The notes under the pieces were generated by a model. It was not told the origin of the DNA and did no database searches. It worked only from the letters and a program-made list of their open reading frames with translations. A stretch of 64,000 nt of DNA, from contig NC_086097.1 of NCBI RefSeq assembly GCF_963921235.1, forward strand, positions 19,904,001-19,968,000. The letters run 5' to 3'. Every line of letters begins with the position of its first letter. Within the stretch, counting starts at the first letter, position 1. Positions 23,680 to 36,430 of the stretch are shown here, piece by piece. This stretch comes from Mobula hypostoma (Eukaryota). The translations under genes were made by a program, and so were the position numbers.

Positions 23680-25521
23680 CCAACCAACCGGCAAGAGGGT
23701 TCAGAGACATCTTCAATCCTCACTGCTGCTGTTGGATTCAAGGGGGCAACAATCACACCAGTGCCCAAGAAGAGCAGGGTGAGCTGCCCCAATGATTATT
23801 GCATAGTGGCATTCACATCTACTGTGATGAAGGGCTTTGAGAGGTTACTCATGGCTAGAATCAACTGCTGCCAGTGCAAGGACCTGGACCCATTGCAATT
23901 TGCCTGTCACCACTATTAGCCTACAGCAGATGCACTGGCTCTCCTCTCGGCCTTGGATCCCCTGGACAATAGCAATACCTACATCAGGCTTCTGTTTATT
24001 GATTACAGCTCAACGTTCAACATCATCACACCCTCAGTTCTAATCAACAAGCTCCAAAACCTGAGCCTCTGTACCTCCCTCTACAACTAGATTCTTGACT
24101 TCCTCATCGGAAGACCACAGTGAGTGCAGGTCGGAAACAGCATCTCCTCCTCGCAGACAATCAACACTGGCACACCTCAAGGATGCATGCTTAGCCCTCT
24201 GCTCTACTCTTACACCCACGACTGTAGCTATGCACAGCTCAAACCCATCTCTAGATTTGCTGATGACACAACTATTATTGGCAGAATTTCGGATGGTGAT
24301 GAGGAGGTGAACAGGAAGGAGATAGATTAGCTGGTTGAGTGTTGCAGAAAAAACAACCTTGGACTCAACATCAGTAAGACTAAGGAACTGATTGTGGACT
24401 TCAGGAAGAGGACGTTGAGGGAACTCAGACCAGACCTCATCGAGGCATCAGCGGTGGAAAGAGTGAGCAGTTTCTACTTCCTGGGTGTCAATATCTCTGA
24501 GAATCCATCCTGGGCCCAACATATTGATGCAGTTACAAAGAAGGCATGGCAGCGGCTATATTTCATTAGGAGTCTGAGGAGATTTGGTATGTCACCAAGG
24601 ACACTTGTTAAGTACTGTGGAGAGCATTCTAACTAGTTGCATCACTGGAGGGACCACTGCAAAGGATTGGAAAAAGCTGCAGAAAGTTGCAAACTCAGCC
24701 AGCTCCATCATAAGCACTAGCCTCCCCAGCATCCAGGACATCTTCAAAAGGCAATGCCTCAAAAAGGTAGCATCCATCACTAAGGATCCCCATCACCCAG
24801 GACATGCCCTCCTCTCATTTGCTACCACCAATACACTCAACATTTTAGGAACAGCTTCTTCACCTCCGCCATCAGATTTCTGAATGGACAATGTACTCAT
24901 ATACACTATCTCACTAATTTTCCCTCTCTTTGCACTAATTTAATTTTCTATACAGTATACATATGTTGCCTGGACTGGGAGTATGCCTTATGAGAATAGG
25001 TTGAGTGAACTCGGCCTGTTCTCCTTGGAGCGACGGAGGATGAGAGGTGACCTGATAGAGGTGTACAAAATACCGAGAGGCATTGATCGTGTGGATAGTC
25101 AGAGGCTTTTTCCCAGGGCTGAAATGGCTAGCAAGGGAGGGTATAGCTTTAAGGTGCTTGGAAGTAGGTACAGAGGAGATGTTATGGGTAAGGTTTTTAC
25201 GCAGAGAGTGGTGAGTGCGTGGAATGGGCTGCCAGTGGCAGTGGGAGAGGCAGAAACAATAGGGTCTTTTAAGAGACTCCCGGACAGGTACATGGAGCTT
25301 AGAAAAATAGAGGGCTAGGGGTAAGCCTAGGTAGTTCTAAGGTAAGGACATGTTTGTCACAGCTTTGTGGGCTGAAGGGCCTGTATTGTGCTGTAGGTTT
25401 TCTATGTTTCTATATCTCTTATTGTAATTTTAATGTTTCTATTATTATGTATTGCAATGTACTGCAGCTACAAAACAACAAATTTCACAACGTATGTCAG
25501 TGATATTAAACCTGATTCTGA
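23680..25521 (+). mobile_element. Decayed Rex1/Babar LINE with a CR1 3' fragment (24965-25412) in its tail
   Basis: PVPKK..NDY, DPLQFA, GTPQGCMLSP and FADDT motifs; CR1 LFSLERRRMRGDL. Confidence 0.85.
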
Positions 25522-26409
25522 ATCTGTCGGGGATATAGAAACAAGGTACAGCACAAACCCTTACAGTGAGAGCTGGGCTGTTCAAAGGTGATATCACCAA
25601 GTCGTGTTTACCATGCTTTATAATGGAACTCTGCAACTCTCTCCCCCAGTACACAGCTGAAGCCTGACATTAACAATTCCAAAATCCTTTATTGGGGCAA
25701 GGGTATTAAGGAGCTGGACTTAATGTACAGAACATCCACAATCTGATTGGATGTGGAGCACAAATCCTTAAAATTTAAAGCTAGGCAGAATTTCAACCAT
25801 TAAATTAGAGCAGGGTGACGTCACCAAGTAGAATCAGAATCAGAATCAGGTTTAATATCACCGGCATATGTTGTGAAAATTGCTGTTCTGCGGCACCAGT
25901 ACAGTGCAATGCAAAATAATGAAAACACTATCATTGTAAACTACAGTAGGAAGTATATAGACATTTTTGAAAAGGTTAAATTAATAAGTAGTGCAAAAAG
26001 AGGGAAAAAGTAGTGAGGTAGTGTTCATGGGTTCAATGTTCATTCAGAAATCGGATGGCAGAGGGGAAGAGGCTGTTCCTGAGTCATTAAGTGTTTGCCT
26101 TCAGGCTTCTGTACCTCCTCCAAACATCTAGTGGAATTCTGTAACTATCTCCCCCAACCACACTTGGAGCCTGACACAGATAATTCTGAACACCTTTATT
26201 GGGCAAGGGTATTATGGAGATGGACATAAAATACAGATCAACCATGGGCTAATTGGATGGGGGAGCAAGTGTGGGTTGTTGAATAGGTCATCCTTGTTCC
26301 CACATTATTAGGTTGTCAACTGATGTCTTTAATTCAGAAACTATATAAAATCGTCTGATGGTGTCACGTCTAGCCGGAACACTGAGGACAATGATCTTTG
26401 TCAGTAGCT

Positions 26410-26660
26410 GTGGCATTGTGTGCAATAAACCTGCTCCTTTATCTCTGGGGTTAGGGCTTTGAATCCAGACCGATGGACCTGAAAATCTTGTGTCTGCTAG
26501 GTGTTAGGGATCCTAAGTGAAATAGGTCTGATCAGGCTCAATCCAGATCCAATCAGAAATTCCTTATGATATAGTCCATTTAAAATGTATGAAATTGACC
26601 TGAAACTGACAAGTGGGTCACTGGGGAAAAATGACGGCAGCTTTTAACCTTGGACTGAAT
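26410..26660 (+). mobile_element. Highly diverged ancient SINE resembling LF-SINE
   Basis: CCTTTATCTCTGGGGTTAGGGCTTTGAATCCAG...CCTAAGTGAAAT...CTCAATCCAGATCC resembles recalled LF-SINE blocks. Confidence 0.35.
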
Positions 26661-27699
26661 CGTGCATCCCATCACTGCAAATAAGCTACTGATAATGGAT
26701 GCCACTGTAAAGTTAAAGTTGGGCAAAAATGTTTTAATATTTATAACACTCATGTTGCTCCTAAAATGTAGAAATAAAAAAGTGTGTTTCTACTCAAAAG
26801 GGTATCATTAGGGCTCAGTAAAACCACACAATGGCTAACGATGGCTTCATGACTCAAGATTTTGAAATAGTGTACTACAGGAGGAAAGAAATTCAGGCTG
26901 AAAGAAATATATCGCCGTATTTTGTGAAGCTGTTTATTACAAATTCCTGAGGGAGAAATATTCTTGGGGTAATCAGAAGATTTGGAATTGGGTTGGTAAC
27001 AATCTTTCTCTGGTGTCCGGACAATCATGTGTTAATTTTGAGCTTTTGGGGTTATTCAGGAATCAGAATTTTGTGCCCTAGATTCTGAGCACAGAATTCT
27101 CTTCACAGTTTCTGACACAATGTACTGAAATACATAAGATGATATATACCGATTTCCATATTCAGAAATATAATGCACTACATTAGACATGTAGGATCTC
27201 ATCCTCAGTATTTTAAAGCATTATATTTGACACGCAAAATTCAATAGATAGAAATAGGCCATTCGGCCCTTTGAGCCTGCTCTACCATTCAATAAAATCA
27301 CCGTTGATATCCACTTCAATATTCTGAAGATGAAAGATGAGCTTTATTTGTCACGTGTATATTGCAACATCAAAACATACAGTGAAATGCATCGTTTGCA
27401 TCAAATCGAATTGTGATGGGCCGCCTGCAAGTGTCGCCACATTTCCGGTGCCAGCATAACATTCCCGTAATTCGCTACCTCTAGCCCGTCCATCTTTTGA
27501 ATGTGAGAGGAAACCCGAGTATGCAGAGATAACCCACGTGGTCACGGGGAGAACGTACAAACTCCTTACAGACAGCAGCGGGAATCGAAGCCCGATCTTA
27601 CAGCTGGCTGCCGTAAAGCATTGTGCTAACCGTGTTACGCTACACTCTGGTGCCCGAGGAAGCAGGGTATAACATTGTTCTCTTAACTAACAAAGAATA

Positions 27700-28380
27700 T
27701 TAGAGCACGGTATAGGCCCTTCTCTCCCACAATGTTGTCCCAACCTTTTAACCTACTCGAAGATCTAACCCCTCCCTTCTTCACGGCCCTGCAGTATTCT
27801 TCCATCCATGTGCCCCTAATGAATCTGCCTCTACTACCACCCCTGACAGGACACTCCACATACTCAGCACTCTGTCTAAAGGACTTACCTCTGACATCCC
27901 CCTATACTCTCCACCAATCACATTAAAATTATGCCCCCTCAAATGAGTCATTTCTGCACTGAGAAAGAGTCTCTAGCTATCCACTCCATGCATCTTGATA
28001 TGTTATACACCTCTATCAGGTTCAACGCTCGTCCTCCTTCACTCCAAACTGTTCACTCAACCTTTCCTCATAAGGCATCCCCTCTAGTCCAGGCGGCATC
28101 CTGGTAGATCTCCTCTGCTCCCTCTCTAAAGCATTCTTCCCATAATGAGGGACCAAAACTGAACACAATATTCCAAGTGTGGTCTAAGTAGGGTCTTATA
28201 CAGCTGCAACATTACCTCGTGGCTTCTGAAGTCAATTCCACATCTAATGAAGATCCATACACCATACAACTTCTCAACGTCTCTATCAACCTGCGTTGCA
28301 ACTTTGAGGGATCTATGGATGTGGACCCCCAGATCCCTCTGTTTCTCAGAACTGCCAGGAACCCTGCCGTTAAACTTGTA
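27700..28380 (-). mobile_element. CR1 LINE fragment, interrupted at 28380; resumes at 30210-30272
   Basis: ...TTAAACTTGTA joined to TTTTGCC...GGGTTGAACTCCATC is colinear with the CR1 copy at 61230-61325. Confidence 0.8.
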
Positions 28381-28579
28381 TCTATCTATATACTACTAAA
28401 ACTCTCCTGCTGTTTCTGTTTGTGACCTCCAATTAGCCCAAACGATGCATTACAGCGGCACTTTTTTGACTAAATCGACTTAAAATGCGCTAACTTACAG
28501 AATGCATGCAAAGTTCAGGGTTATATATTCGTATAAAATTGCTCACTCGTCAATCAACAGACCCCGCTTGCCACAACCC

Positions 28580-28914
28580 GAGCCGATTCCAGCTTTAATG
28601 GAAACCGCGACGTGACGCGACGCCACGACGCATGCGCACGGCCAGCCCCAGCAGCGCCTCATGATGCTCGCAGAGCCGATTCCACCTTTCGTAGAAACCG
28701 CGACGCACACGCCGACGCATGCGCACAGCCGGCCCCAGCAGCGCCTCACGATGCTCGCTGAGCCGATTCCACCTTTCGTGTAACCGCGACGCACACGCCG
28801 ACGCATGCGCACAGCCGGCCCCAGCCGCGCCTCACGATGCTCACAGAACCGATTCCACCTTTCGTAGAAACCGCGACGCACACGCCGACGCATGCGCACG
28901 GCCGGCCCCAGCAG
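28580..28914. repeat. CpG-rich minisatellite, about 4 x 87 bp, inside the Helitron
   Basis: Units start GAGCCGATTCC (GAACCGATTCC in the fourth) at 28580, 28673, 28760 and 28846. Confidence 0.95.
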
Positions 28915-29133
28915 TGACACCAACCGCAGCCACAGGGCAGGGCTGTCACTTCCATTTAGGAGCGCGCCAACCACATCATCAAGAAAAATCAGCATCCTGG
29001 AGGCTTTGGTGTTACTGCTTCGTATCCTCTATCCAGCATTAGGGTAAAAAAATATGGACAGCCTAATTATGCAGCGTGGAAAGAGAAGGGGGACATTATG
29101 GTCAAGGCTGCACCATCTTTCTCTCAAAGGGTG

Positions 29134-30178
29134 TGTTATACCATGGGCGCTGGAAGCAGACCCGAATGCAAGGCACAGACACTGAAGTACTAGGAACAGG
29201 CCAAGGTTTGTCAAGAAAGCAAGGGGAGTCAGGAAGAAACGACGCTGGACATGGACACAGACCCTGGAGGAGACAAGGACACCGGGCCTGGGCTAGGACT
29301 AAGACCAGAAAAGCGGGACCAGGACAAGGAACTTGGAACTAGGAGCCTGGGCTAGGACTCTGAGCCAGAGACTGGACAGGGACCCGGAACCTGGGTCTTG
29401 ACTTGGGCTCGGACCCCGGATCTAGGCGAGGACAAAACGTGGCTACAGGACTGGACGAGGAACACCTGCACAGGACGAGGCACATGGACAGGACGAGAAC
29501 ACAAAGCTTTGACTTGGACAGGATGAGGTTCTTGGACTAGGCTTAGACAAGATGAGGTTCTAGGACTTGGCTTGGACTAGACGAGGTTCTTGGACGTGGC
29601 TTGGAGTAGACAAGGTTCTTGGACGTGGCTTGGACTGGAGACTCCTGGACTGGACGAGAGACTCCTGGACAGGACGAGGGAACTCCAGCACAGGACCGAA
29701 GAATCTCCAGCACCGGACCAAGGAATCTCCAGTACCGGGCTGGGTGAGGTACTGCTGAGCTGGGTGAGGTACTCCAGGGCAGGACATGGAACTCTACGCC
29801 AAGTCTTGGTTCTTAGACTAGGCTAGGCTCAGCTCTTGGACTCAGCTCTGTTAGGCCCTTGGGTATGGAGCCGGGACTCCTTCTTGGAGCGCGGGGCCAG
29901 AACCCTTTCTAGGACGCAGGGCCGGGATGACTGCCAAGGATACTTGCCGAGGGAAACTGCCAAGGTAACTGTCAGGAATCTGTATGGGGAGGGGAGGGGA
30001 ACAGTCCAGGCCAAAGGAGCTGAATCCCGAAGCTATTTATGTAGCCAGCCCGAAACTAGAATCAGGTGCCTCGATTAAGGAGCCCAACAGAACTGGGCAA
30101 AACAGGGAAAACCTGGAATACGGATCGATGGACCGGACCGTGAACCAGAATGCAGACTTCACGGACCAGACCATGACA
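29134..30178 (-). mobile_element. Solo LTR (1045 bp)
   Basis: TGTTAT...ATGACA termini; flanks GGGTG/GGGTT; internal GGAC-rich repeats; TATA-like TACATAAATA on minus at about 30034-30043. Confidence 0.7.
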
Positions 30179-31332
30179 GGGTTCCCCAACGGGTCACTGG
30201 GTTGTCTAGTTTTGCCTAAAATTCAACCTTCCAAAGTAAATCACTTTACACACTTCTGGGTTGAACTCCATCGGTATATGTCGTGAAATTTGTCCATTGT
30301 GAAAATTTGCAGTACAATGCAATACATAATAATAGAAAAATGTGAATTACTGTAAAAATATATATACTGTATATTAAATAGTTCAATTAAATAAGTAGAG
30401 CAAAAATGGAAATAAAAAAGTAGTGAGGTAGTGTTCATGGGTTCAATGTCCATTCAGGAATCGGATGGCAGAGGGGAAGAAGCTGTTCCTGAATCGTTAA
30501 GAGTGTGCCTTCAGGCTTCTGTACCTCCTTCCTGATGGTAGCATGCCCAAGGCATGACCTGGTTCAGGGGAAACATAAAATCCACTCACTGGCCAATCCT
30601 GGCCTACTATACTTGAGGCTATATCAGACTTGCACTATTTTTCTTGACTTCAGATTGATAAATCAGTTCATGTGTTCATCACGTAAACTTTCAAAATGTC
30701 AGTCTGGTTGTGCAAATACAAAACAACCACAGAGTAGAATGGAAATGCACAACTCGATAAGGCAGAGTTTTGCAGAAGGAATAGATAGTGTGTAGTGCAG
30801 TTTATATGTATCATCTGGGAGGTACCAGGCACTAAATTAGGGAACAGTTTCTTTGTGCATTGAGGGAACTGGATCAATTAGTCAGAAGAGAGTGGAAGAG
30901 CATAAATCTGGCTCAGGATTGGAAAATGGTCAGATTCAGACTGCAACAGTAATCTGAATCAAAAGGCAGAAGTTATTCTAATGGCTAAATTCCTCCCTTT
31001 TAATAAATTTATTAAATTCCCCTCCTGCAATTATATGTCTTTTGTTAAAACAATCAAGTGGGGTTTTCATTGTTGTGCATTCCAATATACTCATGGGTCT
31101 TCGTTAACAGAGAGAGCTACAGTGTCTATAAAAAAAGTATTCAATCCCTTAAAAGTGTAAATGTTAATTGTTTTACAATATTGAATCACGGTGAATTTAA
31201 TTTGGCTTTTTTGACACTGATCAACAGAAAAAGGCTCTTTTGTGTCAAAGTGAAAACAGATTTCTACAAAGTGATCTAAATGAAGTACAAATATAAAACA
31301 CAAAATAATTGATTGCATAAGAATTCACCCCC

Positions 31333-32537
31333 TGTCTGTCTGTATCTTGTTTTACGGCGGTTGGCATCCAGCTTAACCGCCACCCTCTGCTTCAGAATAT
31401 GCACTAGACATATATTCTAAATCCCTTCACCCTATCGTGCACGCGCGCACACACACACACACATACAAACCTACACTTCACCCTCCCATCTTTGACCATC
31501 CTAGTATCCTATTCCTGTTTATTCGTCATATTCTATAAAAAACCCCTGTACCCCTTAAAAACACTAAAAATACCCGGACTTGTGCTCTCTCACCCATGCC
31601 CAGCAACCCTTTTAATGTGAATTCCTGCACCCCCAACTCCCTTAATTTATTTCTCATCATCTCTCTCTGTATCCCATACTTCCTGCAACACAAAACTACA
31701 TGTTCTACTGACTCCTCTTCCTGACATTCCTCACACAATCCTGTCTGGTGTTTCCCTATCATTTTCAATGTTTTGTTTAATGCACAATGCCCCAGCCTTA
31801 ACCTAGTCCACACAGTTTCCTCTCTTCTGTTTCCATTACCTACCCTAGTAACTGCAACACTCTTTTGTATTTGATATAAATGCCTCCCTTTCCCCTCCCT
31901 ATCCCATCTTTCTTGCCACATTCGGTTGACTTTTTCCCAGATTACACACTTAACCTCTGCTTTACTGATACTAATGTGCATTTCCACATTTTCTTTCTTT
32001 AACGCCCTCTTTGCCAACTCATCCACCCTCTCATTCCCCTTCACCCCTACATGTGCTGGAACCCATAGAAATTTTACCTGACCTCCCTGATTTGCAATTC
32101 TCGTAACTAACTGAAGGACTTCATAAAGTACATCTTGCCGACTGTTTGTGTGAAAAGACCTTAAACTTGCTAGAACTGAGGATGAATCTGAACATATCAA
32201 TGCTTTGGCTTGTCTGGCTTTCTGCACCCATTGCAACACAACCAACTCTGCCAGCATCTCCACTGTAAACACCCCTAACTTATTAGATGTTCTTCTGCTG
32301 ATTCCAATTTCTTTTGCTGGTATTACCACCCCAAATCCTGTCACTCCTGTTTCAGGCTCCTTCGCACCATCCGTACAAATGTGAGTATAATCACTATACT
32401 CTTCCATCACATGACAGTTAAATGCATTTACCAAATCTGTTTTATATCTTTATTTCCTTTTTACCTCTAACAAATGCCAGTCTATGTCAGGCCATACAAG
32501 CTTCTATGGAGCTACAACCGGATAAACTACTGAAGGA
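31333..32537 (-). mobile_element. 5'-truncated Nimb/I-group LINE
   Basis: 11-bp TSD AATTCACCCCC at 31322-31332 and 32538-32548; 3' end GGTGGCGGTT...CCAACCGCCGTAAAA plus (CAGA) tail. Confidence 0.85.
31526..32434 (-). CDS. RNase H domain plus C-terminal CCHC finger of LINE ORF2 (truncated, frame open)
   Basis: CTDGAK, CSDSSS, WVPAHVGVKGNERVDELAK, RLRLGH and CEECQEEESVEHVVLCC motifs. Confidence 0.9.
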   Translation of the reverse strand: MVNAFNCHVMEEYSDYTHICTDGAKEPETGVTGFGVVIPAKEIGISRRTSNKLGVFTVEMLAELVVLQWVQKARQAKALICSDSSSVLASLRSFHTNSRQDVLYEVLQLVTRIANQGGQVKFLWVPAHVGVKGNERVDELAKRALKKENVEMHISISKAEVKCVIWEKVNRMWQERWDREGKGRHLYQIQKSVAVTRVGNGNRREETVWTRLRLGHCALNKTLKMIGKHQTGLCEECQEEESVEHVVLCCRKYGIQREMMRNKLRELGVQEFTLKGLLGMGERAQVRVFLVFLRGTGVFYRI

Positions 32538-32725
32538 AATTCACCCCCCCCCCTTTAATATGACACACCAAATCATCACCAGTGCAGCCAGTTGGTTTTA
32601 GAAGCCACATAATTAATTAAATTGAGATCACCTGTGTGCAGTCAAGGTGTTTCAATTGTTTGTAGTAAAAATACACCTGTATTTGGAAGGTCCAACTGCT
32701 GGTGAGTCAGTATCCCGCCCAAAGT

Positions 32726-33694
32726 CACGAAGACAAAAGAACACTCCAAGTAACTCTGTGAAAAGTTTATAGAAAAAGCACAAGTCAGGAGATGGATGCA
32801 AGAAAATTTCCAAGTCACTGAATATCCCTTGGAATACAGTTAAGTCAAACATCAAGAAATGGAAAGAACAGCAACAAAACTACCAGGAGCAGGCTATCCT
32901 CAAAAACTGAGTGACCATGCAAGAAGGGGACTAGTGAGGGAGGCCACTAAGAGACCTATGACAGCTCTGGAGGAGTTACAAGCTTCAGTGTCTGAGATGG
33001 GAGAGACTATGCATACAACAATTGTTGCCTACGTGTTTCACCAGTTGCATCTTTATGGGAGAGTGGCAAAGAGTAAACCACTGTTGAAAAAAACTCACAT
33101 GAAATCTTGGTTAAAAGAACTGGAAGAAGGTTCTATGATCTGATGAAACCAAAATTGAGCTTTTTGGCCATCAGACTAAATGCTATGTTTGGCATAAGCC
33201 AAACACCACACATCATCAAAAACATCATCTCTACCATGAAGCATGGCGGTGGCTGCATCATGCTATGGGAATACTTCACTGCAGCAGGCTCTGGAAGGCT
33301 TGTGAATGTAGAGGGTAAAATGAATGCAGCAAAATGCAGGGGGAAACCTGATGCAGTCTGCATGAGAATGGCAACTTGGGAGAAAATTTGTTTTCCAGCA
33401 AGGCAATGACCCCAAGCATAAAGCCAAAGCTACACAGGAATGGCTTAAAAACAACAAAGTTAATATCATAGAGTGGGCACATCAGAGTCCAGACATCAAT
33501 CCAATTGAGAATTTCTGGCTGGACTTGGCAAAGGGCTGTTCACTCAATCCCCATGCAATCCGACAGAGTTTGAGCAGTTTTGTAAAGAAGAATGGAGAAA
33601 CATTGCAGTGTCCAGATTGGCAAAGCTGATGGAGACCTATCCCCACACACTCGAAGCTGTAACTGCTGCTAAAGGTGCATCTACTAAATACTGA
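32726..33694 (+). pseudogene. Tc1 transposase pseudogene
   Basis: [55 protein letters not shown]; multiple stops and frameshifts. Confidence 0.9.
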
Positions 33695-34999
33695 CTTGAA
33701 GCAGGTGAATACTTATACAATCATTTTTTGTGCTTTAATTTGTATTCAATTTGGATCACTTTAATAATTTATTTACTAAAGAGAGACAGCAGCCACTGGA
33801 AATCTAGAGTAACACACACAAAATGATGGGGGAACTCAGGTCAGGTAGTGTCTGTGAAGAGAAATGAACAGTCCCCATGAAGGATCTCAGCCCAAAGTAT
33901 CAAATCTCCATTTGCCTCCATAGATGCTGCCTGACCTGCTGAGTTCCTCCAGTGTGTGTAATTCATTAAAGAGTCAGCCTTTTATTGAAGCATTGTGCAA
34001 TAGCAACTGCTATTTCTTCCCACTTTTAATGTTCCTTTCAAATCTCCCTCCCACTGCTTGCACCAAATGTTTTTTTTCTAACTCCAATGGAAAGACTACA
34101 CACAAAGATGGACAAGCAACGAATGTGCAAAAAAAAAGACAAAATGTGCAAATAAATAGATAATATTGAGAACATGAGTTGAGAGTCCTTGAAAATGAGT
34201 CCATTGATTGTGGAATCAGTTCAGTGTTGAAGTGAATGAAGTTATCCACGCAGGTTTGGGAGCCTGTTGGTTGAAGGGCCATCACTGTTCCTAAGCCGGT
34301 GGTGTGGGATCTAAGGTCCCTGTACTTCCTTCCTTCAGCAGTGAAAAGAGAGCATAGCCAGGATGATGGGGGTGCTTGATGGAAGTAATAGGTTAGTTGG
34401 GTACAACTACAGAAGCACTGTGATCCATTGCAGTATTCTGCAGTGACTATTAAACTGGCTAAAATCCAACAAAACCTCTTCAAAGGCTTTCAGCTGGTCC
34501 ATACTTGCCTGAGTTTACAGATGACCTGCTGGAGGAACTCAGCAAGCTGCATCTGTAGGAGAAATCTGCCAACGTTTCAGGATGAAACCCTGAAGGACAG
34601 AGAATGGAGAGGGGAGATGATCAGTATAAAGAGGAGAGGGGAAGTGATGAGACAGGAGCCCAAGGTGGTCGGCCACCTGCCCACAGCACGTCTTTCCGTC
34701 TTGCAAATGACACATTTCACTAAGTTTCAATGTACATGTGAAAAGTAAATCTGTATCTGGTGGACTGACAAGAGGTGTAAGACAACAGGTAGGTTGTGCC
34801 AAATCAGGAAGGGGGAATTACTGGGCTATTGTTTTTTATTTGGGTGAAGGCCTATGAGGGAAAATATGAACAGTTTTTAGGTCAACTGAAATTCTACAGG
34901 GAAGAATCTTGTCTGACTGGGGATGGGTTTCTGTACCTAACAGACATCTCATTGTTCAAACTGACCAGTAACTAATGATAGTTTGCAGCGGTCTGTTGT

Positions 35000-36430
35000 G
35001 CAGAGGCACTTGGAGTGCTTGTGCATGAATTGCAAAAGGTTGGTTTGCAGGTGCAACAGGTTATAAGGCCATCAAACATGGGAGAGGAATTAGGCCATCG
35101 AGACTGTTCCACCATTCCATCATGGCTGATTTATTATCCCTCTCAACCCCATTCTCCTGACGCCGCACCCTCCCCCATAATCTTTGACACCCTGCTTAAT
35201 CAAGAACTTATCAACCTCCACTTTAAATATACCCATTGACTTGGCCTCCACAACCATTTGAGACAATGATTCACCATTCTCCGGCTAAGGAAGTTCCACC
35301 TCATCCCTGCTCTAAAAGATTTTCCCTCTATTCTGAGGCTGTGCCCTCTGCTCCTCGACTCTCCCGCTACATGAAGCATCTTCTTCACATCCACTTTATC
35401 CGGATCTTTCAATATTCAGATGGTTTCATTCCCCCCTCATTCATCTAAATCCCAGCAAGTACAGACTCAGAGGCTTTTCATACATTAACCCTTTCATTCC
35501 TGGAATCATTCTCATGAACATCCCCTGGACCCTCTCCTATGCCAGCACATCTTTTCGAAGATAAGGGACCCAAAACTCCTCTCAATACCCCAAGTGTGGT
35601 CTAACCAATGTCTTAAAATGCCTCAGCATTGCATCTTTGCTTTTACATTCCTAGTCCTCTCAAAATGAATGCTAATGTTGCATTTGCCTTCCTCACCACC
35701 AATGCAATCTGCAAGTTTACCTTTAGAGATTCCTGCAGGGTGATTCCCAAGCCCCTTTGCACCTCTAATTTCTGAATTTTCTCCCCATTTAGAAAAGAAG
35801 GCAAATGAAATGTTGGACTTCATTGCTAGAGGGATTGAATTTAAGAGCAGGGGGGTTACGCTGCAACTGTACAGGGAACTGGTGAAGCCGCACCTGGAGT
35901 ACTGTGTGCAGTTCTGGTCTCCTTACTTGAGGAAAGATATACTGGGCTTGGAGGCGGTGTAGAGAAGGCTCACCAGGTTGATTCCAGAGGTGAAGGGTTA
36001 TGCTCTGATTCCGATTATACTCACTGAATTTCAGAAGAGAGGGATCTTGTAGAAACATATAAAATTATGAAAGGAATATATAAGATAAAGGCAGGGAGTT
36101 TGTTTCCACTGGTAAGTGAGACAAGAACCAGGGGACATAGCCTCAAGATTTGGAGGAGTAGATTTAGATTGAAGATGAGGAGAAACTGCTTTTTCCAGAG
36201 AGTAGTGAATCAGTGGAATTCTCTGTCCAAGAAAGCAGTAGAGGCCACCTCATTAAACTTATTTAAGACACCGTTAAATAGATGTTTGCATAGCAGGGAA
36301 ATGAAGGATTTTTGGGAAAAAGCAGGTAGGCAGAGCTGAGTCCAGAGCCAGAACTGCCATGATCTTATTAAATGGCAGAGCAGGCTGGACAGGCCGGATG
36401 GCTGACATTTGCTCCTATTTCTTGAGCTCT
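35000..36430. mobile_element. Plus-strand CR1 fragment interrupted by a minus-strand CR1 fragment (about 35068-35795)
   Basis: TRGHSLKI and SRGHSLRI motifs on opposite strands. Confidence 0.8.

Larger units (their letters stand above)
28381..30209 (+). mobile_element. Non-autonomous Helitron (about 780 bp without the nested LTR)
   Basis: 5' TC, 3' CTAG, inserted between A and T with no TSD; subterminal hairpin 8 nt before CTAG. Confidence 0.8.
31120..33761 (+). mobile_element. Tc1 (IR/DR type) DNA transposon, right end truncated
   Basis: TA|CAGTG start; left IR 31260-31330 mirrored at 33700-33761; decayed transposase inside. Confidence 0.88.

Noticed and set aside
28543..29042. Repetitive ORFs on both strands
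   Set aside because: By-products of the GC-rich minisatellite, which lacks stop codons.
31526..32434. Host RNase H gene
   Set aside because: The TSD, LINE tail and CCHC finger show it is a truncated LINE ORF2.
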